This document shows positions 1 to 7,419 of a stretch of 20,000 nt of DNA, piece by piece (positions within the stretch are counted from its first letter, which is position 1; each line of letters opens with the position of its first letter). The position numbers and the translations under genes are program-made. Below the pieces are notes generated by a model that had not been told where the DNA came from, did no database searches, and saw nothing but the letters and a program-made list of their open reading frames with translations. Source of the DNA: an uncultured virus (IMG/VR IMGVR_UViG_3300042393_000573) (lineage: Duplodnaviria > Heunggongvirae > Uroviricota > Caudoviricetes); IMG/VR virus record IMGVR_UViG_3300042393_000573, positions 52,335-72,334 of that record; one strand, 5' to 3'.

Positions 1-136
1 CTCACTATGGGACGGCGCACAATTACTAGGCGCAGGGCTTACTGCTAACTCAGCAGATGAAATGAACAAGGTAGTAGCAGACCTACAAAAGGTTTCTGTC
101 AATGTAGTAGCACACATGCGAAAGGTAACACAATGA
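1..136 (+). CDS. Hypothetical protein, 5'-truncated (...SLWDGAQLLGAGLTANSADEMNKVVADLQKVSVNVVAHMRKVTQ*)
   Basis: Open frame from base 2 to TGA 134-136, overlapping the next start as ATGA. Confidence 0.65.
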   Translation, partial: SLWDGAQLLGAGLTANSADEMNKVVADLQKVSVNVVAHMRKVTQ

Positions 137-315
137 TTAAATTAACACTAACAACAACAAGCGGTACAACGCGGGGTATGGAATTCGATACCAAGGAGCA
201 TGTACACGAGTTCATTGAATTGATGGGAAGCACCCTACACCAAGGTGTGGCGGTATGTATTGATGCACCCATCATAGGTATACACAATGGATGGATACAG
301 GGTAGAATGAAGTAG
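133..315 (+). CDS. Hypothetical phage protein, 60 aa
   Basis: ATGA-coupled to the upstream ORF, AAAGGT upstream, followed by a terminator. Confidence 0.7.
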   Translation: MIKLTLTTTSGTTRGMEFDTKEHVHEFIELMGSTLHQGVAVCIDAPIIGIHNGWIQGRMK

Positions 316-332
316 AAGGTTTTCCCAAGATC

Positions 333-364
333 TAGTGCGTCTGTTATGGGCGCACTATTTTTTT
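333..364 (+). terminator. Rho-independent terminator
   Basis: TAGTGCGTCT-gttat-GGGCGCACTA stem (with G-U pairs) followed by T7. Confidence 0.8.
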
Positions 365-395
365 GTGTGTATTTTCTGTATAGTGTGTATCGTAC

Positions 396-450
396 ATCTG
401 AATAAAATATTCCAAAAAGTGTAAATATAGAAATCTGAATAAATCTGAAT
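396..450. repeat. Three ATCTGAAT direct repeats upstream of a promoter
   Basis: ATCTGAATAAA at 396-406; tandem AAATCTGAAT at 431-440 and 441-450. Confidence 0.6.
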
Positions 451-454
451 TTTA

Positions 455-463
455 TGATATACT
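455..463 (+). promoter_or_regulatory. Extended -10 promoter, leaderless
   Basis: TGATATACT, 6 nt before ATG 470, no SD. Confidence 0.65.
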
Positions 464-469
464 TATAAT

Positions 470-1066
470 ATGAGAAAAGAATACACAAAAGTTCAATACA
501 ATGACAAAAATCAAAAACAATGTACAAATTGCAGGGAATATAAAAACCTATTACATTTTCACAAGTACTCTAAAGCACAAGATAAACTAAAGCCTTGGTG
601 CAAGGTTTGTGTAAAGGCATATGACATTAAAGAAAATGATGCCACACGTATATTTCCTAGAAAATTAGACTCTTCTGGCAATATTCATTGTCGCAACTGT
701 GGAGAGTATTTTCCTCAAGAGGAAATGAAGCAATCTAAAAACGTTAAATATAAAGAATTATCATATTGTATTACTTGTGCTCCCATACTTAGACATACAA
801 GAAATATTGAAAGATATGGTTTGACAATGGAGCAATATCATAAAATGCTAGAAGATCAAGACTATAGTTGTAGGATTTGTGGTTTAAAAGAAAGTACATT
901 TAGAAAGCGCCTATCTGTAGACCATAATCATTCCTGCTGTCCTGGAACTAGGGCCTGTGGTAATTGTATTAGAGGTTTGTTGTGTCATCACTGTAATGCT
1001 GCGCTAGGTAATGCCAAAGACAGCGTAGAGATCCTTCAAAGAATGATAGATTACTTAAAAAAATAA
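470..1066 (+). CDS. Recombination endonuclease VII-domain (His-Me finger) nuclease with N-terminal CxxC zinc-finger-like modules; probable homing endonuclease
   Basis: YGLTMEQY..MLEDQDYSCRIC...LSVDHNH...IRGLLCHHCNAALG is the Endo VII signature; N-terminal CTNC/CKVC and CRNC/CITC pairs. Confidence 0.85.
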   Translation: MRKEYTKVQYNDKNQKQCTNCREYKNLLHFHKYSKAQDKLKPWCKVCVKAYDIKENDATRIFPRKLDSSGNIHCRNCGEYFPQEEMKQSKNVKYKELSYCITCAPILRHTRNIERYGLTMEQYHKMLEDQDYSCRICGLKESTFRKRLSVDHNHSCCPGTRACGNCIRGLLCHHCNAALGNAKDSVEILQRMIDYLKK

Positions 1067-1079
1067 TTTTTCAGAATGG

Positions 1080-1088
1080 TGCTATAAT
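1080..1088 (+). promoter_or_regulatory. Extended -10 promoter, leaderless
   Basis: TGCTATAAT, 6 nt before ATG 1095. Confidence 0.7.
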
Positions 1089-1094
1089 AGATCT

Positions 1095-1178
1095 ATGACC
1101 GAAACAAATTATGATGGCGATAACTGCTGCAAAGCATGCACATGCACTAATCCTCATATGAGTGCACCACAGGAATAA
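1095..1178 (+). CDS. 27-aa Cys-rich microprotein MTETNYDGDNCCKACTCTNPHMSAPQE
   Basis: Hand-translated; ATG lies 6 nt after an extended -10; CCxxCxC motif. Confidence 0.55.
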   Translation: MTETNYDGDNCCKACTCTNPHMSAPQE

Positions 1179-1182
1179 TTAA

Positions 1183-1350
1183 ATGGGAATTCTGGACAAT
1201 CTAGAAAATGCCTGGGATGAAAATTTCTTATTCGAATCCAAACCTATGCAATCAACAGACAATATGGGCAGACCTACAGACTACTCTTCGTTGGCTGTAA
1301 AAATATTTTCAGAAACTTGTTGCTCAGGATGTTCTTGCAAAAATGAATAG
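1183..1350 (+). CDS. 55-aa protein ending in CCSGCSCKNE
   Basis: Hand-translated MGILDNLENAWDENFLFESKPMQSTDNMGRPTDYSSLAVKIFSETCCSGCSCKNE; packed between neighbouring ORFs. Confidence 0.65.
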   Translation: MGILDNLENAWDENFLFESKPMQSTDNMGRPTDYSSLAVKIFSETCCSGCSCKNE

Positions 1351-1513
1351 CGATCATCAAGAGTTAACTCCAGAACAAAAACAAGCGGTTTTGCTATTTA
1401 ATATTGAGCAAAGACTTAGACAACATATTGCAAACCAGATCGAGTTAAAATTTCACGGTACACATCATGAAGCAGCACATGAGATAGCCCAATTTGTAAA
1501 AAATATGGCCTAA
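1343..1513 (+). CDS. 56-aa His-rich helical hypothetical protein
   Basis: Hand-translated MNSDHQELTPEQKQAVLLFNIEQRLRQHIANQIELKFHGTHHEAAHEIAQFVKNMA; overlaps the previous stop; ends 3 nt from a convergent gene. Confidence 0.65.
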   Translation: MNSDHQELTPEQKQAVLLFNIEQRLRQHIANQIELKFHGTHHEAAHEIAQFVKNMA

Positions 1514-1516
1514 ACC

Positions 1517-1729
1517 TTAATCCTTAATTTGATATAATTTCCACATACCTACATCAATAAACCCATAGCAAATCATATTTGCATGCTCTTCTGAATCTGC
1601 ATTTACAACAATATCCACATTAGACTCAATATAAATTCCTGGCTCGTAGTCTTTTTTGGCATTTGCCAGATATGCTTCTTGGACTTTTTCAAAAATTGGT
1701 TTGTAATAATATTTAGGCAAGTGCGCCAC
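1517..1729 (-). CDS. Hypothetical protein, 70 aa
   Basis: GTG start overlapping the upstream gene; last gene of a three-gene minus-strand unit. Confidence 0.7.
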   Translation of the reverse strand: MAHLPKYYYKPIFEKVQEAYLANAKKDYEPGIYIESNVDIVVNADSEEHANMICYGFIDVGMWKLYQIKD

Positions 1730-1898
1730 CTTCTTTCAATTTTGTGTAAATATTTGAAGCCATGTATACTAACGTTGGATGTACTTGTGAAATTTGCGCT
1801 TCTGCTTCTTCATCGCTCATATTGTTTTGCTTGCAAAGTTCTCTGTTATCAGCAGTAATACTCTCTACCATCATGTCAATAATTTCTTCTTTATTCAT
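1713..1898 (-). CDS. Hypothetical protein, 61 aa (MNKEEIID...)
   Basis: ATG at 1898 overlaps the upstream TGA (ATGA) with AAGGAA upstream; alternative start 1904. Confidence 0.7.
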   Translation of the reverse strand: MNKEEIIDMMVESITADNRELCKQNNMSDEEAEAQISQVHPTLVYMASNIYTKLKEGGALA

Positions 1899-2665
1899 AC
1901 CCATTCCTTTTCTTGGTTGTAAGTTACAGAATACTCTCCTGTAAATATCTCTGCATAAGAGATGATATCTCTATTATACCTTATAACGGTTTCTTTGCCA
2001 ACTTTGTCGCATATGTACTTACTACCCATAGTTAGTGGTTTAAACTTCATACCCTGACCTTCTAGGGCGTTATTAAGGGTATCCAGGTATCGTTGCTTGC
2101 CGTATCGTTTAGAAGTAAATGATTGATCAACATAATCAAACCTTGCCTGTGCATCATTTTTTCTTGCAATGTCCGAATTGTCCATTATGTACTGTACTGC
2201 AGGATGATCCATCCGTGTTGACCAATTTCGCATGTTCTCGCTATATTTCTCCATGTTCTTGAGAGTTGAGTCAGCGAAAGCCATGCGTATGAGGTCAAGA
2301 TTGGAGGTTTGAACCTCTGTTGCGAAACTTATCAAAAAGGCGGTTGCGAAAGGAAACTTGTCGCTATATGTCGTGACGCCAAAGTGAACATTTGGATTAA
2401 ACGACTCGACGGACATATTATCTTCCAAGAGTCGCATATGATTGCCGAGAGATACATACTCTTGCCGATTCATATCGCAGTCGACAAACAGACATTCTTC
2501 TGGATTGATCCCGTCGGCGAGACATAAAATATTTTTGTCGTATGAGCCTACTATTTGCGAACCGTTAAAACGCTCTAATAATTTTGCGGTCATAAAGCCA
2601 TCCATGTCAGGGGATATAATAAGATTCGTCGAATGCTCTAATGTATTGAGTATGTCTGTCTTCAT
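1895..2665 (-). CDS. Divergent DHH-like phosphoesterase-fold protein
   Basis: IISPDMDG (DxDG motif I), LFVDC (motif II), GNH in place of DHH, then NPN; GGAG SD at 2679-2676. Confidence 0.6.
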   Translation of the reverse strand: MKTDILNTLEHSTNLIISPDMDGFMTAKLLERFNGSQIVGSYDKNILCLADGINPEECLFVDCDMNRQEYVSLGNHMRLLEDNMSVESFNPNVHFGVTTYSDKFPFATAFLISFATEVQTSNLDLIRMAFADSTLKNMEKYSENMRNWSTRMDHPAVQYIMDNSDIARKNDAQARFDYVDQSFTSKRYGKQRYLDTLNNALEGQGMKFKPLTMGSKYICDKVGKETVIRYNRDIISYAEIFTGEYSVTYNQEKEWV

Positions 2666-2697
2666 TTTTAATAAACTCCATGTATAATAATATAGTT

Positions 2698-2964
2698 ATG
2701 ACAATTCAAGACTGGGCTTCCTTAATAGTAGCAATACTTACAATTGTATCATCAATTGCCTTTGGAATCAAGTGGCTTGTAAAGCATTATCTTTACGAAC
2801 TTAAAACTAATGGCGGATCATCGGTAAAAGATCAAATTAATAGATTAGAAAGTGCTGTTGACGAACAGAGAATTGACTCTATCAAATCTAGAGATCGCCA
2901 AGAAAAGAAACTTGACGAAATGTACGAAATTCTAATTAAGCACATTGCTGCTAATGATAAATAA
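2698..2964 (+). CDS. Single-TM membrane protein with coiled-coil tail (NGGSS-type, common near actinophage lysis/tail genes)
   Basis: Hydrophobic WASLIVAILTIVSSIAFGIKWLV followed by ELKTNGGSSVKDQINRLE; start 2698 preferred because 2680-2697 contains TATAAT. Confidence 0.7.
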   Translation: MTIQDWASLIVAILTIVSSIAFGIKWLVKHYLYELKTNGGSSVKDQINRLESAVDEQRIDSIKSRDRQEKKLDEMYEILIKHIAANDK

Positions 2965-3144
2965 TTTGCTATATACTATATATAAAGATAGTTTGTAAAA
3001 CTATAAAGATAGTTCTTTTTTTTCTTATATATATTTAGTATACACTATTCAATACCTGGCATAAAAGACATATGGTAACAAATCGGACATTGTCTATTAT
3101 AACAATTTGATAACTTTAAATGTTATGTCCGTTTTGTCTATTAT
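2965..3144. repeat. AT-rich intergenic region with direct and inverted repeats
   Basis: TATAAAGATAGTT at 2981-2993 and 3002-3014; TTGTCTATTAT at 3090-3100 and 3134-3144; inverted CGGACAT 3084-3090 / ATGTCCG 3125-3131. Confidence 0.7.
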
Positions 3145-3152
3145 GGTATACT
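3144..3152 (+). promoter_or_regulatory. Extended -10 promoter not followed by an ORF
   Basis: TGGTATACT, same class as the other promoters in the window. Confidence 0.55.
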
Positions 3153-3158
3153 TTTATT

Positions 3159-3214
3159 ACTGGCTAATACCTTGGTTTGTCCTATACCCACCAATCAAGG
3201 TATTAGTCTTTTTT
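3159..3214 (+). ncRNA. Putative ~55-nt single-hairpin small RNA ending in its own terminator
   Basis: 16-bp stem GGCTAATACCTTGGTT (3162-3177) / AATCAAGGTATTAGTC (3193-3208), 15-nt C-rich loop, T6 at 3209-3214, directly after a promoter motif. Confidence 0.5.
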
Positions 3215-3215
3215 A

Positions 3216-3224
3216 TGGTATAAT
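3216..3224 (+). promoter_or_regulatory. Extended -10 promoter, leaderless
   Basis: TGGTATAAT, 6 nt before ATG 3231. Confidence 0.75.
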
Positions 3225-3230
3225 CACATT

Positions 3231-3611
3231 ATGACTATGCATGGACCAGAAGTTTTTGGAGCAGATCCAGCCAGAATTAAATGGCAAATCGTTAGAGGAG
3301 ATACCTCCCCGCTTCGTGTTGAATTTTTAGAAGATGACGAAGTAACATATTTTGATACTTCTGATTGGACCTTTGAGGCTACTACTTATGATCCTCAGTC
3401 TGATGCTCTTGATACCCTGGAAGTTACGGCAGGAAGTGGATATGTAGACATTATGGCTCCAGCATCTATTACTGAATTATGGGGTACTGGTTATAAATCA
3501 GTTGTAACAGAATTAACTTTTGACCTTCAAGTAACTATTGACGTAGAAACAATTTGGACACCTTTGATTGGAACCATCTCAGTAATTGGAGATGTAACAG
3601 GTAGTCTCTAA
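3231..3611 (+). CDS. Putative virion structural beta-sandwich protein (baseplate-upper/BppU-N-like)
   Basis: WQIVRGDT...LTFDLQV...IGTISVIGDVT pattern shared with 5569 and 12574; start of the structural cluster. Confidence 0.6.
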   Translation: MTMHGPEVFGADPARIKWQIVRGDTSPLRVEFLEDDEVTYFDTSDWTFEATTYDPQSDALDTLEVTAGSGYVDIMAPASITELWGTGYKSVVTELTFDLQVTIDVETIWTPLIGTISVIGDVTGSL

Positions 3612-3697
3612 TGGCAGTAGTTAAAATATCAACTCCAAGACCTGAGTTGCCCACGCTGGTTAGAATTAAAGATAAAACTTTCAAAGTAAATAGGTGA
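3611..3697 (+). CDS. 28-aa basic microprotein MAVVKISTPRPELPTLVRIKDKTFKVNR
   Basis: TAATG overlap with the upstream stop; exactly fills the gap up to the next promoter. Confidence 0.6.
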   Translation: MAVVKISTPRPELPTLVRIKDKTFKVNR

Positions 3698-3703
3698 TAT
3701 AAT
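3695..3703 (+). promoter_or_regulatory. Extended -10 promoter, leaderless, overlapping a TGA stop
   Basis: TGATATAAT, 6 nt before ATG 3710. Confidence 0.75.
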
Positions 3704-3709
3704 CTAGGC

Positions 3710-3982
3710 ATGACAACTCATGCCCTTACAACTCTTAGTAGCGCTTCTGCTACCAGACTAACTCCAAACGGAATGCATTCTGGAATGGATATTACAATTC
3801 AAAATGTAGATGCTTCTGCATATGTATACCTTGGAGGAGAAGGAGTGACAGCATCTGATTACGGATACCGTCTTGCCCCTGGCTCAGCATGGTCTGTAGA
3901 ACTACCTGGACTAGATGCGCTATATGCAATCACAGATACCAACAACTCTAAAGTTGCATTATTTAAAATGGGACTTGATTAA
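3710..3982 (+). CDS. Small beta-rich phage protein, probably structural
   Basis: 90-aa ORF, ITIQN..AYVYLGG..VT...GYRLAPG pattern, structural context. Confidence 0.7.
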   Translation: MTTHALTTLSSASATRLTPNGMHSGMDITIQNVDASAYVYLGGEGVTASDYGYRLAPGSAWSVELPGLDALYAITDTNNSKVALFKMGLD

Positions 3983-3984
3983 TC

Positions 3985-4809
3985 ATGGCACGTTTTACTA
4001 CAACAGGTGGTAGCGGAGACGGGACTCCAGGAGCACCTGGTACACCAGGAGAAGATGGGGCAGATGCTATTTGGAATTACACTGGAGAATACAGTGGTGG
4101 CGCAGCATATGCTGTTGGAGATTTAGCAACATACGATGGACAACTTTGGTACCGTGCTAATGCAAATGGTGGAAACGTTGGAGACACACCTGCACAAGGA
4201 TTTATCTGGAACTTGCTTGCAGCAAAAGGTGCAGATGGAACAAATGGTTCTAGCGGACTTGTATACTTAGGAAACTATATTTCAGGTAATGGATACATTA
4301 CAGATCTTGCAGTTGTAAGAGGAAGCGATAACAATCTATACATTGCAAAAGCAAATGGTGGTTTAGCAGATCCAGTTGGTAACACTGCCGAGTGGGACAT
4401 TTTCTCTAAAAACAGCACTTTTGTTATTGGTGGAGAAAGAAATAAAGTTCTTGTTTCTGATGAAGAAAGATTAGTATTGGTAAGCACAAGACCGCCTGGA
4501 GAAGAAGTATCTGAAAACCAATGGGTATTTGGATCTGATGGATTATTAACTGGCCCAGCACCAGACAGTTTAATAAAAGTTAATGGACTTTATGGTAAAG
4601 ATGCAGATCCTTTATTTTTACTTGCTCCTGACACTGTTGTTATATCTGGAGATGGTGGAGAATTCTTAGATGATCCAACTGTTGCTGATAATCAAATTGC
4701 AACTATTGGTGATTTACCAACGGGAGCAACAGGAACATTCCAAACCTCAGATAGCAAGATGGTTACAGTTACCAACGGAATCATTACATCTATAGAGTCA
4801 CTGACTTAA
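3985..4809 (+). CDS. Putative tail fibre/minor tail protein
   Basis: Short G-X-Y runs, two Y.GEY/YLGNY...GD.V...W modules, C-terminal TVTNGIITSI motif. Confidence 0.7.
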   Translation: MARFTTTGGSGDGTPGAPGTPGEDGADAIWNYTGEYSGGAAYAVGDLATYDGQLWYRANANGGNVGDTPAQGFIWNLLAAKGADGTNGSSGLVYLGNYISGNGYITDLAVVRGSDNNLYIAKANGGLADPVGNTAEWDIFSKNSTFVIGGERNKVLVSDEERLVLVSTRPPGEEVSENQWVFGSDGLLTGPAPDSLIKVNGLYGKDADPLFLLAPDTVVISGDGGEFLDDPTVADNQIATIGDLPTGATGTFQTSDSKMVTVTNGIITSIESLT

Positions 4810-4814
4810 TATAG

Positions 4815-4823
4815 TGAGATAAT
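4815..4823 (+). promoter_or_regulatory. Variant extended -10 promoter, leaderless
   Basis: TGAGATAAT, 6 nt before ATG 4830. Confidence 0.5.
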
Positions 4824-4829
4824 AACTCC

Positions 4830-5561
4830 ATGGCTGTTTCTAAATCTATGGATTTCCCAGGTGCAAAAAAATCTTCTTATGCTGCACAAGTAGAACAAAG
4901 TCAAACATATCCTACTGTAGATAATGCTATTTCATTTCTTCCAGTCCCTGGCCCAGTCGGACCACAAGGACCTGCAGGTAGAGATGGCAGAAATGGCGAA
5001 CAAGGATTGCAAGGAGCACAGGGAAATCCTGGCCCTAAAGGAGATCGTGGTCCAGCAGGAGTCAATGGCCAAAGTTCATTGTCATCATCTGGACAACAAG
5101 CAGGTTGGGCCTCATATACAAACACTATTGAAAAACCAATCAAACTTGGTATCTCTCAAGGAGACGATGGTTGGGTAACTCTTTTATTAGACACAAAAGA
5201 TAAGAGTCAAAATGAAAAATACCTTCCAGCAGGCTGTACCAGTCTTTGGAATAGCCACCAGAGAGCCTTAAACTTTCACGGTATAAAAGAAGGCTCCCAA
5301 GTATCCGTAACATATAACTTTGAACTAACCACATATACCTCAAATACAGAGGTTTGGCTAAGAACCTATTTTGCAAGCAATGATCAGGAGTTTGTACAAT
5401 TAGTAGGATCATTTAAATATCAGAATACTTATAATCTTTCAGTCACTCAACAAATATTTATTGAAAACCAAGCAATGTGGGGCAATGGCGCTGTTCCACA
5501 AATTAGAACAGACTTTGATTCATCTGTAATATTCAATTCTGTCTACGTCAGCGTGGTATAA
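4830..5561 (+). CDS. Collagen triple-helix repeat protein with C-terminal beta domain
   Basis: 14 consecutive G-X-Y triplets (GPV...GQS) at 4950-5075. Confidence 0.85.
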   Translation: MAVSKSMDFPGAKKSSYAAQVEQSQTYPTVDNAISFLPVPGPVGPQGPAGRDGRNGEQGLQGAQGNPGPKGDRGPAGVNGQSSLSSSGQQAGWASYTNTIEKPIKLGISQGDDGWVTLLLDTKDKSQNEKYLPAGCTSLWNSHQRALNFHGIKEGSQVSVTYNFELTTYTSNTEVWLRTYFASNDQEFVQLVGSFKYQNTYNLSVTQQIFIENQAMWGNGAVPQIRTDFDSSVIFNSVYVSVV

Positions 5562-5562
5562 T
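5554..5562 (+). promoter_or_regulatory. Extended -10 promoter, leaderless, embedded in Val-Val-stop codons
   Basis: TGGTATAAT, 6 nt before ATG 5569. Confidence 0.75.
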
Positions 5563-5568
5563 AAAACC

Positions 5569-6024
5569 ATGGCATTTCCAGCAACCTACGACTTTAATTA
5601 CTATAAGGGTGACACCTTTGAGTTTCGTATCTACCCGAAAAAGAACGATGGAACGGTTTTTGACCTAAGTCCATTTTATGACAGCAATATTCTATATAAC
5701 ACAAACACTATTGATGGTGTTACTGGAGTCGCTCCATATGAGCAAGCAAGGTTTTCAATTGCCACAGCAAGAGGAAGTGCAGAATCAGCAACAATTAAAT
5801 GTTTTGCTAGAGTTGATGTTGAGACTAATACTTTTGTCCAATGTGCAATTAGACCAACAGAAGGAAATCAACTTGTTGCTGGCACAGAATATGTTTATGA
5901 TGTTGAAGTAAGATATCCTGCTGGAGGACCAGATAGCCCATTTTATGAAAAAGTAATTACACTTATGACTGGAACAATCACAGTTACTGATCAAGTCACA
6001 CGAGATCCAGTCCCTGGAGATTAA
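5569..6024 (+). CDS. Putative virion structural protein (baseplate-upper/BppU-N-like)
   Basis: YYKGDTF...YVYDVEV...LMTGTITVTDQVT; paralog-like to 3231 and 12574. Confidence 0.65.
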   Translation: MAFPATYDFNYYKGDTFEFRIYPKKNDGTVFDLSPFYDSNILYNTNTIDGVTGVAPYEQARFSIATARGSAESATIKCFARVDVETNTFVQCAIRPTEGNQLVAGTEYVYDVEVRYPAGGPDSPFYEKVITLMTGTITVTDQVTRDPVPGD

Positions 6025-6026
6025 CA

Positions 6027-6623
6027 ATGGCAGATATATTAGTATCAAATGACGATTTAACAGTTTTTGGTGGTCCAGTAGAAATAAGTCTTGACCTAGA
6101 CATAGGGCCACAGGGTGATCGTGGAAGTATTATTGTGGGATCAAACGGAAATCCACAAGATGCAAATGTTCATGCAGATATCCTTAACCTTCCAACAGGA
6201 ATTGAAGCGCTAGATATTGCAATTGACTATAATCCATACTCAGATACATATAAAACAGTATTTCAAAGAATAGCGACAACAACTGGAACACAGTGGACTG
6301 AAATGCTTAGTTTAAAAACAAATTTTTATTCTGCTGTAAAAGATGTAACTGCTGCAAATGGAAAACTAACTATTCCACCAATTAACGTAACAGAAATTGC
6401 AAGCGACGTAAACCTTACATCTGCAAGTTTTAGTATTCAGTATTCTATTTCATCTCCAGATACTGCTGGACCATTAGCAACAAATCTTGTAGTAAAAGAT
6501 GTAGTAGATAGCGGAAGCATTAGAGCACTACCACTTGAAATAGAGGGTGTAGAATATGATGGAACAACTTGGGGACCGATAACTGGTACTAAGCGTGTCC
6601 ACCTATTTATTACGGTGGTATAA
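6027..6623 (+). CDS. Putative virion structural protein
   Basis: 198-aa ORF with GPQGDRGS mini-collagen motif; 2 nt after the previous gene. Confidence 0.7.
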   Translation: MADILVSNDDLTVFGGPVEISLDLDIGPQGDRGSIIVGSNGNPQDANVHADILNLPTGIEALDIAIDYNPYSDTYKTVFQRIATTTGTQWTEMLSLKTNFYSAVKDVTAANGKLTIPPINVTEIASDVNLTSASFSIQYSISSPDTAGPLATNLVVKDVVDSGSIRALPLEIEGVEYDGTTWGPITGTKRVHLFITVV

Positions 6624-6624
6624 T
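6616..6624 (+). promoter_or_regulatory. Extended -10 promoter heading the 6643-11362 operon
   Basis: TGGTATAAT within Val-Val-stop; short leader with AGGGTGA SD before GTG 6643. Confidence 0.7.
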
Positions 6625-6642
6625 GAAAAAGGGTGATTTATA

Positions 6643-7401
6643 GTGGCAGCAGAGAATATTGACAATACCGTTGGTGGTACTGGGCTATTCAATGCCAAAA
6701 TACCTGGACTTTCAGATGCAGCCGATATTCAAGCAGCGCTAAGACTTTACCACTATGGATCTTATGCCTATGACGGTTCAAATACAAATACCGCAAACCT
6801 TTTAACCCCATCTATTGCAAAACATTTACAGAATCTTGTAGATGCAGATGCTCTTGAAGTAGTAAATAGAACTGCAGCAGATGCAGCAGAAGTATTAGCC
6901 AGAAATGCTGCAATTACAACACATAATTCATCTACAACAAATGTCCATGGCATAGCAGATACTTCTCTTTTAGCAACAAAGTCTTATGTAGACGGAGTTG
7001 ATAAATCTTCACTTGTATCACCAAAAGAATTAACAACTATTTCTGCAACAGCAGCAACTGGAGCAATTGATATTGATGTTGCTACTTCTTCTATTGATAT
7101 TCGTACTTCCAATGCCGTCGCAAATTGGACAATAAATATTCGTGGCAATGCAACAACTACTCTTAATTCATTAATGGCAACAGGTCAGCAAATCTCTGTT
7201 GTATTTGAATCTCCTCAAAGTGGAACTGCATATTACCCAACAGCACTTACTGTTGATGGTGCATCAGTAACTCCTAAATGGTTAGGTGGAATAGCCCCTT
7301 CTTCAGGAAACATTAACTCAACAGATGTTTATGTTTATACAATTAGGAAAACAGGTGCAGAAACATTTACTGCTCTTGCATCACAGAACAAGTTTGCTTA
7401 G
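6643..7401 (+). CDS. Tail fibre-like protein
   Basis: HNSSTTNVHGI and LATKSYVD fibre motifs; C-terminal VTPKWLGG.APSSGN..STDVYVYTI domain typical of fibre ends. Confidence 0.75.
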   Translation: MAAENIDNTVGGTGLFNAKIPGLSDAADIQAALRLYHYGSYAYDGSNTNTANLLTPSIAKHLQNLVDADALEVVNRTAADAAEVLARNAAITTHNSSTTNVHGIADTSLLATKSYVDGVDKSSLVSPKELTTISATAATGAIDIDVATSSIDIRTSNAVANWTINIRGNATTTLNSLMATGQQISVVFESPQSGTAYYPTALTVDGASVTPKWLGGIAPSSGNINSTDVYVYTIRKTGAETFTALASQNKFA

Positions 7402-7419
7402 TAGTAAACAGGTAGAATC

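Noticed and set aside
99..527. 142-aa minus-strand ORF
   Set aside because: Overlaps better-supported plus-strand genes, a terminator and a promoter
1530..1538. TGATATAAT as an antisense promoter against the minus-strand operon
   Set aside because: Explained by Lys-Leu-Tyr-Gln codons on the coding strand; no ATG or structure follows; a chance match is plausible in AT-rich DNA
4950..5075. Collagen repeat as the main prolyl-hydroxylase substrate
   Set aside because: Only one Y-position Pro (GNP) in 14 triplets, and the gene is in a different transcription unit
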